Origin: Planctomycetia bacterium
GTDB lineage: Bacteria; Planctomycetota; Planctomycetia; Pirellulales; Thermoguttaceae
Length of the DNA: 64,000 nucleotides
NCBI GenBank assembly: GCA_030527205.1
Contig: JAUNBG010000010.1
Span: 21,556 to 85,555, forward strand
Direction: 5' to 3'
Positions 39,076 through 45,990 of this stretch are shown here, piece by piece. The translations under genes were made by a program, and so were the position numbers. The notes under the pieces were generated by a model. It was given only the letters and a program-made list of their open reading frames with translations. It did not search any database and had not been told where the DNA came from. Each line of letters begins with the position of its first letter. Within the stretch, counting starts at the first letter, position 1.

Positions 39076-39298
39076 TTTTGCCCCTTTAAACTAAAATATT
39101 TTAAAATTGTTCAATATTCTCCAAAGAAAACTTAATCTGAACAAACAGATTAAGTCCAAATATGATTATAAGAATTATAAGAACAAATGACTTTCGGACG
39201 ATTTGTATTGACAAAATAAACTCTTCATGAGCCCCCAAACGTTTCCCTATCTTTTTTATCAAATTGCCAAACATTTTTCAACCATCCAATTGAATTTA

Positions 39299-40084
39299 TT
39301 AATGATTTCCCCCTTCAACTTGATAAAGTTCAGCGGAACGATCTTTGTTCAGATCGATATTGTTATCTGTTTGGGGCAACAAAATTTGAAATTGATAAAT
39401 CGGGCAAAAAGAAATGGTTCCCGATTTTGTTTGAAAGGTCATTAAATGTCCCCCTTGCTGACGATCCGAACTGATAAAATGAAAATGAACGCCCGGAACA
39501 TTGATTCCCTTAACAAATCCGGGGAGATAAAAACCGACAATATCGCCTTCAACGGTTCCAAGTTCAAATTCCGGCTGCGTTTTCATGACTTCGGCCAAAG
39601 GTCGATAAGGTTTTTCCTGACAATAAGCAGAACGGGTTCGAATATTGGTAAACGTTCCTTGAATATGAATCGCAACAGGAATATTTTCATTCGGAATTTT
39701 TTGACGAATCAGTTCCGAAACATCATCAAAGTCAAGATTTTCGGGCAATGGAACCTTTATTTCCGGAACAAAATTGACGATTGACGCCAAAGGAACTGTC
39801 GTTTCTGCAGAAGGAACCTTAATTGTTCCGTTCGACTTCCAAACATAAAAAACGCCGTCCAAAATAATGAGTTCGCCGTCAATCCGATCAATCGTTCCCA
39901 GTCCAAAATTTCCATAGGATCGAAGTTCCTTTAACGTCATCCAACCGTCATAATCGCCCCCAAGAAGAGAGTCAATAACAGAAACTTGGGTCAATAGAGG
40001 AGAAACTTGAGCCGAAGCGATTTCTCCCAAAATGAAAAAACCAAGAATAAATAATAACGAACAGAATTTGTTTATTTTTCTCAT
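39299..40084 (-). CDS. budA: Alpha-acetolactate decarboxylase-family protein with an N-terminal signal peptide
   Basis: IDSLLGGDYDG..TLKELRSYGNFGLGTIDRIDGELIILDGVFY and PGVHFHFIS match the AlsD/BudA family. The N-terminus FCSLLFILGFFILGEIASAQ looks like a Sec signal. Confidence 0.7.
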   Translation of the reverse strand: MRKINKFCSLLFILGFFILGEIASAQVSPLLTQVSVIDSLLGGDYDGWMTLKELRSYGNFGLGTIDRIDGELIILDGVFYVWKSNGTIKVPSAETTVPLASIVNFVPEIKVPLPENLDFDDVSELIRQKIPNENIPVAIHIQGTFTNIRTRSAYCQEKPYRPLAEVMKTQPEFELGTVEGDIVGFYLPGFVKGINVPGVHFHFISSDRQQGGHLMTFQTKSGTISFCPIYQFQILLPQTDNNIDLNKDRSAELYQVEGGNH

Positions 40085-40404
40085 TAATCTTTTGTTTCTA
40101 ATATTTCTAACATTAAAATTTCTTCATATCAACGTCATAACCCCTATATTTTATCGTTATCTGCGTCCGTTATTTCTTTATTCATAAAAAGAAATTCCAG
40201 ACTTTTCAAATTTTATGTTTACGAACGTTCTCATTCGGAGAAGAGTCGTCTCGACCGTCCCAAACAGATATTCCGTCAGTTTGAAGCAAGCGTTAAATTG
40301 TTGGTCGCAGCCCCTATTCAGAATTCAAGATATATCAGGCAGGCAGAGCGTTTTAAATGCAGAGCGTTTTAAATAACGGATCTGTTTAACGAAATCCGTT
40401 TCCA

Positions 40405-40653
40405 TTGCGTCCCATTTTGGAGCTTCTGCTCGCTGACGGTTCATCGCTCCCATTATCCGCGTCGGTTGCTAAACGGTTATTTGACAACTTTTCGCAAGCT
40501 GATTTTATTGATAAATCTAAGTCTTGGGAACTTCCTGAAAAATTCCTTGAAGAGTTAGAATTAAATGACGTCGATGCGGAATGCGACGAAATTCGCAAAG
40601 ATAAATATCTTGCCAAACTCCGAGCAAAAGTTGCCCATTGGCAACCGGAATAG
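40405..40653 (+). CDS. Possible small acidic hypothetical protein (82 aa, TTG start)
   Basis: ORF only. It overlaps the 3' end of convergent yjbQ by 137 nt and no family was recognised. It may be a shadow ORF. Confidence 0.2.
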   Translation: MRPILELLLADGSSLPLSASVAKRLFDNFSQADFIDKSKSWELPEKFLEELELNDVDAECDEIRKDKYLAKLRAKVAHWQPE

Positions 40654-40957
40654 AAAGCGAAACGCTAAACAACGACGATTTTATATGAGCCGGCATATCG
40701 TCTTTTCCTTCAATAATATGCCGATAACTTGCCGTTTCTGGAGCCAAACGATCCAAACCGGAAATCAAATCCTCAAGAACGTCAGAATCGGCATTTTCAT
40801 TAATCGTCAGCGCTGCCGACGTATGCTGCAAAAACAAATGCAAAAGACCCGTTTGAACCTTTTGTATTTCCGGCAATTCTCTCAAAATATTTTGCGTAAT
40901 CGGATAAAATCCGAGAGAATGCGTCGGAAGGACCAGCGAACGTTGAACCCAATCCAT
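40517..40957 (-). CDS. yjbQ: YjbQ/UPF0047-family protein (secondary thiamine-phosphate synthase-like)
   Basis: GLLHLFLQHTSAALTINENADSDVLEDL and EGKDDMPAHIKSSL...GQLLLGVWQDIYLCEF are hallmark YjbQ blocks. The ATG at 40957 gives 146 aa. Confidence 0.8.
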   Translation of the reverse strand: MDWVQRSLVLPTHSLGFYPITQNILRELPEIQKVQTGLLHLFLQHTSAALTINENADSDVLEDLISGLDRLAPETASYRHIIEGKDDMPAHIKSSLFSVSLSIPVANGQLLLGVWQDIYLCEFRRIPHRRHLILTLQGIFQEVPKT

Positions 40958-41086
40958 TTTTCTCTCTTGAAATCTCCAGGCGTTTCTATTATATTTATTG
41001 AATAAGAAGATTTTCAATTCATTATTTTTTCATTTTCCCGCTATTTTATATATTAGCCGAATGTTTTGCGTTGAAAATCAAAAATT

Positions 41087-41128
41087 TCCTGCTTTTTTAA
41101 TAATATTCCCTGCCCTTTTAATAATATT
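41087..41128. repeat. Two tandem 21-bp direct repeats (YCCTGCYYTTTTAATAATATT)
   Basis: Units 41087-41107 and 41108-41128, 18/21 identical. They lie in the divergent yjbQ/GH16 promoter region. Confidence 0.7.
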
Positions 41129-41171
41129 GTATTTTAACGACTTTTGATCTGACTTTCAACAAGGAGAAGCA

Positions 41172-42038
41172 ATGAAAATTTCATTTTTTACAGTTTTGAT
41201 CTTTTGTTTTGCCGGAACGTTCTGCTCAACCAATGCCGTTTGGGCTGAATCTCCGACTTGCCCAATCGACGGAGATTGGGAGTTTATTTCCGATTTTAGC
41301 GACGAATTCAATGGCGAATCGTTGGATAACGAAAAATGGTTCGACTTCAATCCGGCTTGGATTGGACGCAAACCGGCGCTCTTTTCAAGAGACAATGTTG
41401 CCGTTGCCAACGGAATGCTTCAATTAACAACGCGCGAAATGCCTGCCGAATGGGAAACGCTTGAAAATAACGTTCGCGGCTTCCATACATATACAACCGC
41501 GATTATCAAAAGCAAAAAACGCGTTTTATATGGTTATTTTGAGACGCGATGTCGTCCGATGGCCTCTGCGGCCAGCAGCGCGTTCTGGTTTTATGACCCT
41601 CTTGATCCGCCGGAAAAATATAAAGCGGGAAACTGCTCGGAAGAAATTGACGTTTTTGAACTTTTCGGCAAACATCCGACAATGGAAAATACGCTTTATA
41701 CAACGGTTCATTGTCAGGATACGCCTTATGTCGAATCTATTGTTCGCTTGAATTTGAAATCCAAGGGATCAAAATGGAAGTCCCCCTTCAAATTCGTCGA
41801 TGATTATCATGTTTATGCGTTGCTCTGGACGCCCGAAATCATGCGCTGGTTCATTGACGGACAAGAAGTTTGGAGCCTCGAAAATACGCAACATCATCGA
41901 CCGTTGCATATGATGTTCGATACAGAAGTCTTTGAAACCTGGGCAGGTCTCCCAAATTCAGAAGATTTGCCGAGCACATTTTACGTCGATTATGTCCGCT
42001 GCTGGCAATTGAAATCAGACAATAATTCCGCGCAATAA
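41172..42038 (+). CDS. Secreted glycoside hydrolase family 16
   Basis: AAGGAG RBS and a signal peptide. DEFNGESLDNEKW and the catalytic EEIDVFE (ExDxxE) motif. Confidence 0.85.
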   Translation: MKISFFTVLIFCFAGTFCSTNAVWAESPTCPIDGDWEFISDFSDEFNGESLDNEKWFDFNPAWIGRKPALFSRDNVAVANGMLQLTTREMPAEWETLENNVRGFHTYTTAIIKSKKRVLYGYFETRCRPMASAASSAFWFYDPLDPPEKYKAGNCSEEIDVFELFGKHPTMENTLYTTVHCQDTPYVESIVRLNLKSKGSKWKSPFKFVDDYHVYALLWTPEIMRWFIDGQEVWSLENTQHHRPLHMMFDTEVFETWAGLPNSEDLPSTFYVDYVRCWQLKSDNNSAQ

Positions 42039-42080
42039 CCAATAATTCCGCGCATTTGCCGATATTTCCGCGCAATAACC
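42021..42080. repeat. Three tandem 20-bp direct repeats (AATAATTCCGCGCAATAACC-like)
   Basis: Units 42021-42040, 42041-42060 and 42061-42080, with a period of exactly 20. They span the GH16 stop codon and the convergent intergenic gap. Confidence 0.8.
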
Positions 42081-42107
42081 AACTTATTATTTCAAAACAG
42101 GGCGGGT

Positions 42108-42593
42108 TCATTTTAAGAGCAGACGATACAGCTTGAACAGAATTCGCCTTGGCAAGAAAAGATAATATCGAACAGGAAAAAGGAATCCCCAAACCCGACA
42201 ATAGAGTCGATAACCTTTGGATTGAGAACAATCGATCATTTGATTCCGTCGATAAAAAGCTCGAACAACTCCAATGATCTGGTTTCGATAAATGGGATAC
42301 TCCTTAATCCATTGAGCATCTCCGCAAAGAACGAATTCGTTCTCATTTTTAACGGCAATAATTCGATGCAGAACAAACTGCCCGTTGGAACGTCGATAGA
42401 AAACCAAATCGTCCTTTTTTAATAAATCAAGCGGACGAACAAGAACGACCTCATCCCTTTGGTCGCGAAGCATTGGATACATGCTGTTTCCGCGCGGCGA
42501 AAATTTGATTTCACTGCCGTTTTTCAAACACTCTTCAATCAACGGAAACATTTCTTCCATTGAAACATTTTTCTGAAGGTTTGTCTGTTGCAT
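42108..42593 (-). CDS. S24/S26-family (LexA/signal-peptidase-like) serine peptidase
   Basis: PRGNSMYPMLRDQRDEVVLV (catalytic GxSM motif), LVFYRR..GQFVLHRII. The start is ambiguous (ATG 42593 or 42560; the listed TTG is at 42617). Confidence 0.6.
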   Translation of the reverse strand: MQQTNLQKNVSMEEMFPLIEECLKNGSEIKFSPRGNSMYPMLRDQRDEVVLVRPLDLLKKDDLVFYRRSNGQFVLHRIIAVKNENEFVLCGDAQWIKEYPIYRNQIIGVVRAFYRRNQMIDCSQSKGYRLYCRVWGFLFPVRYYLFLPRRILFKLYRLLLK

Positions 42594-42682
42594 AAATTGA
42601 AAGGGATCATTTTCCAAAAAATATTGCCGTTCAACCGATCAAAAAAGTCATTCCGGCAAAAACATCTTTTATTTGCGAACCA

Positions 42683-42949
42683 TTATTTTATCAAAAGATT
42701 ATTCTCTTCCAGGATTTTTAGAAAAGCTTCAATATCATTTTGAGCTGTTGTTTCATCAACATCATATTCTTTGAGTAAAGCGGAAACAAGCTCGTCTTTG
42801 GTTTGATCCGTTTCAAGTTGTTTCCATAAAAAAACGCCGGTTTCATTAAGCGTAATCATTCCAGAAAAATCAACCGTTGCTTTTCCCGTTGGAACAACGA
42901 CAAAACTTCCGGCTACATTTCGAAGAATAAAGTTTTCCTTGATCTTCAT
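42683..42949 (-). CDS. PqqD-family protein (RiPP recognition element-like peptide chaperone)
   Basis: 88 aa. ...LNETGVFLWKQL....T.DELVSALLKEYDVDETTAQNDIEAFLKILEENNLL is the typical PqqD/RRE pattern. Its ATG overlaps the upstream gene's TAA (TAATG). Confidence 0.7.
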   Translation of the reverse strand: MKIKENFILRNVAGSFVVVPTGKATVDFSGMITLNETGVFLWKQLETDQTKDELVSALLKEYDVDETTAQNDIEAFLKILEENNLLIK

Positions 42950-43698
42950 TATAATTCCTGTTGTTGTATTTCCTGTTGTTTTTGATTCAATGTTTGATAG
43001 GCAAGTTCGACGGCTTCCTGACTGATTGTACAGCCCATTTTAAAAATGACCATTCTGCTCAAAAGTTGATCCAAAAGCGAAAGCAAAACGTTCATTTGAT
43101 CTTGAGTCAAGGCAAAAAGCGTTTGATTAAAAATAAGATAGATCGCTTCGGAAACAGAAATCGATTGAATCCAGTTTTCAGGCGATTGCTCCAGAAACAC
43201 AATTCCTTTGAGCGGAACCTTGATATCGAGATTTTTATCGCTCTTGCCCGACCAGGGAGTTCCAAAAACATAAAATCGATTATCAATCAAACGAATGGCC
43301 GGTTTATCGTCGTTAATGATTATCGCTTTTTCCGTCCCAAAATATTGTTGCCATTGATCCGTATGAGTCGATTTTCCGGTTCCGCTGGGAGCCGAAAAAA
43401 GATAAGCGTTGTCTTCATACGCAATAGCGGAAGCATGAAGCATAAAACCATTATAACGAAGCAATTTGTAATAAAAAATGCTTCCTGTTTCGATATAATC
43501 GCATTCATCAAACGTTAGATGAGGATTCTCTCGAAACATTTTCTCCAATTTTTCTTTTGAGGGTTTAATAATTATATCTGGCGAAAAATCGTTGAAGCGA
43601 GAATCAGGCGGAATTTCATATATTTTTCCCTGACGAATCACTCGTTCACTTTTCGACTCCAAATGAACAATTAAGTCGGCAATTTTATATTTTTTCAC
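42949..43698 (-). CDS. HPr-kinase-like P-loop protein (HprK-related kinase family)
   Basis: 249 aa with a GTG start. LHASAIAYEDNAYLFSAPSGTGKSTHTDQW then IINDDKP...FGTPWSGKS resembles the HprK C-terminal kinase fold found next to PqqD proteins. Confidence 0.55.
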   Translation of the reverse strand: MKKYKIADLIVHLESKSERVIRQGKIYEIPPDSRFNDFSPDIIIKPSKEKLEKMFRENPHLTFDECDYIETGSIFYYKLLRYNGFMLHASAIAYEDNAYLFSAPSGTGKSTHTDQWQQYFGTEKAIIINDDKPAIRLIDNRFYVFGTPWSGKSDKNLDIKVPLKGIVFLEQSPENWIQSISVSEAIYLIFNQTLFALTQDQMNVLLSLLDQLLSRMVIFKMGCTISQEAVELAYQTLNQKQQEIQQQEL

Positions 43699-44035
43699 TA
43701 TAATAACATTCTATTACATAAAACAAAATATGCAAAAAACTATTCTAAAAACAATTCATTTAAAAAAAACGTTTTTAACAATCATACTCGAAAAACCTTG
43801 AAAAACAAGGGTTCCAAAGAAAGATTTTTAACAATTGGAATTTGTCGATGTTATTAAAATGATCAAAATGCCTGTCGCATTTAAGCAGGCAATAAAATAA
43901 TCGCATTGAGGCTTGCGTCCCCCAAACCAAAAGGTTTTAACTCGCTTTGAGCCCTTTATTTTAAACAAAATGCTTGTTTTGTTGAAATAAAATTCTGCGT
44001 TATTGAAAATTGTCGTTTCTTTTGTTATAAATAAA

Positions 44036-44144
44036 AGAAGTCCTGAAACCCCGCTTTTTAACAAACGCATTTGGATAAAGTTGTTCAAACCTGATTCTTG
44101 CGGACAAGACGTCCGCTTTCCTTAGGGGGGTTTTAGAATTTTCT
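44036..44144 (+). repeat. MITE-like palindromic intergenic element, copy 6 (forward, degenerate TIRs)
   Basis: AGAAGTCCTGAAAC ... TAACAAACGCATTTGGATAAAGTTGTTCAAAC ... GCGGACAAGACGTCCGC ... GGTTTTAGAATTTTCT. Confidence 0.85.
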
Positions 44145-44219
44145 ATCAATGTATTGAAATGATCGGTTGATTTCAATATAAAATTTTTGAAAAATTACAA
44201 AATTGTCTGAAAGGAAGAA

Positions 44220-45503
44220 ATGAAACGAAAACTTGCCTTGATCATTATGTTGTTGGGATTCTTTTTTGTTCTGAATAATGATTCGGAAGCACAAAACTGG
44301 TATCGCGGGAACCTTCATATGCATTCCTATTGGAGCGACGGCGTTGCCTTTCCGGAAGAAGCCATTTCGCTCTATCGGGACGAAGGTTATCAATTTGTTT
44401 GTCTTTCCGATCATAATCTTGCTCAAAACAATCCCGAGCGTTTTAATGAAATCAAGAATCGCCCGAGTCAAGAACTTATCGAACGATTTCAAAAGCGTTA
44501 TCCAGATTATCCTCTTGAGATTAAAGAAGAGGACGACAAAAAGTTTGTTCGACTCAAAACCTTTCAAGAACTTAAAAAACAACTTGAAAGTCCAGGCGAA
44601 TTTCTTTTGATTCCCGGTTTTGAATTGAGCGGCGGCGCCAAAAATGGCGTTCAAGTTCATATGAATCTGATTAATACAGAAGAAGGTCGAGCGTTTCCGT
44701 CTTTAGAAACAGAACATGAAACAATGGCCAAATGCCTTGAGTATACAACAGAAATATTCAAAGGACGCGAAAGCTCAACTTTTTTAATGCTGGATCATCC
44801 GGACTGGATTTATTTCGATATTGACCCGGGGATGATCATTGATAAAAAAGCGTTTCAGTTTTTCGAAGTCATTAATTGCGGACCGGTCTATGCGCCGCAT
44901 CCAAACGCCTGGACAACGGACAAATTCTGGGACGTTGTCAATGCGTTTCGAGCAGAAAAAGGCAATGAACCCCTTTATGGAATCGCGTCGGACGATACTC
45001 ATGATTATGTTCCGTTTTATCAACCGGCAGAAAAAGGAGAGCTCAATGGCGGAGGCGGTTGGGTTATGGTTCGAGCTCAAGAATTGACAACCGAAGCAAT
45101 CATTCAAGCGATGAAGGCGGGCGATTTTTATGCTTCGACTGGCGTCTTTCTTGACGATATTCAATTTAATCCGGAAACAAAGACTTTGTCGGTTAAGGTC
45201 AAGGCCGAAGAAAATGTCGATTATTCCATTTCTTTTATCGGAACGAAAAAAGGGTTTGATCAATCGGTTGCAACCGTTGAAGATCCAGCCAAGGATCGCA
45301 AGCCAGCGCGAACTTTGTCGGTTTATTCTGACGAAATCGGCGAAACTTTTGTTACGGTTCAGGGAACCGAAGCAACGTTTAAAATGAGCAATGATATTCT
45401 TTATGTTCGCGCAAAAATCGTTGCCAATAAAGAACCGCATCGAAAAATCAAAGGCAAACCAGATCGTCCAACCGCTTGGACGCAACCGATTTTCGCGCGA
45501 TAA
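44220..45503 (+). CDS. Secreted PHP-domain (CehA/McbA-like) metal-dependent phosphoesterase
   Basis: AAGGAAG RBS and a signal peptide. GNLHMHSYWSDG...FVCLSDHN PHP motif, and a later SDDTHD. Confidence 0.7.
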   Translation: MKRKLALIIMLLGFFFVLNNDSEAQNWYRGNLHMHSYWSDGVAFPEEAISLYRDEGYQFVCLSDHNLAQNNPERFNEIKNRPSQELIERFQKRYPDYPLEIKEEDDKKFVRLKTFQELKKQLESPGEFLLIPGFELSGGAKNGVQVHMNLINTEEGRAFPSLETEHETMAKCLEYTTEIFKGRESSTFLMLDHPDWIYFDIDPGMIIDKKAFQFFEVINCGPVYAPHPNAWTTDKFWDVVNAFRAEKGNEPLYGIASDDTHDYVPFYQPAEKGELNGGGGWVMVRAQELTTEAIIQAMKAGDFYASTGVFLDDIQFNPETKTLSVKVKAEENVDYSISFIGTKKGFDQSVATVEDPAKDRKPARTLSVYSDEIGETFVTVQGTEATFKMSNDILYVRAKIVANKEPHRKIKGKPDRPTAWTQPIFAR

Positions 45504-45531
45504 ATTTCGTCCATTGATTTAATCGTCTATA

Positions 45532-45635
45532 AATCAATTTCGTTATTGCTATCAATCAGTTTCGTTATTGTTGTCATAATCAAAGAACCAGGCAGATTGC
45601 TTGCCGTTTTTCTGCAATCTGCTTGCCGTTGCTTA
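45532..45635. repeat. Two adjacent pairs of 22-bp tandem direct repeats
   Basis: AATCA[AG]TTTCGTTATTG.. at 45532-45553 and 45554-45575 (19/22 identical). GCA..T.GCTTGCCGTT.. at 45592-45613 and 45614-45635. They lie in the leader of the GH-A gene. Confidence 0.6.
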
Positions 45636-45990
45636 ATTGACGAATAGAACAATCAGTTTTTTCGATTGACTTGAGTTTAATCTCTTGTTGGCTTAATAAA
45701 CATTCAAATGACAAATGAACGTTTTGTTTGACTCGCGCCGCAGGAACGCCAGGCAAAGAGAAAAAGGGGAAAGATGATCAAGGGGCAAAAATCATTTTCC
45801 TTGTTTCGTTTGAAAAATCTCCAATCTTTTGAAACCATTTTCTCTTCTGCGCCGCTGCGTCTCTGCGAGGCAAACAAACAGGGGCGCTGACTTTTCCAAA
45901 TCAAATAAAAACCAAAAAACAAATGTTAATCGAACCGTTTCAGTATTAAAAAATCGCTTCGCAAATCTATTCTTAACAAAGGGGTCACTC

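Noticed and set aside
43828-44088. An 86-aa ORF upstream of the kinase/PqqD cassette, considered as a possible precursor or accessory gene
   Set aside because: Its 5' third is made of palindromic element copy 6 (44036-44144), and the remainder is AT-rich with no motif. This is most likely a chance ORF created by the repeat.
45829-45990. N-terminal extensions in the ORF track (45829 for the GH-A gene, 13022 for the epimerase-like gene, 4431 for fumC, 18113 for GH36, 23209 for DUF1559, 41017 for yjbQ)
   Set aside because: The extensions start at non-ATG codons or lack an RBS, encode non-homologous junk, or run into the repeat element (13022). Internal ATGs with GGAG/AAGG-type RBSs give canonical N-termini or signal peptides.
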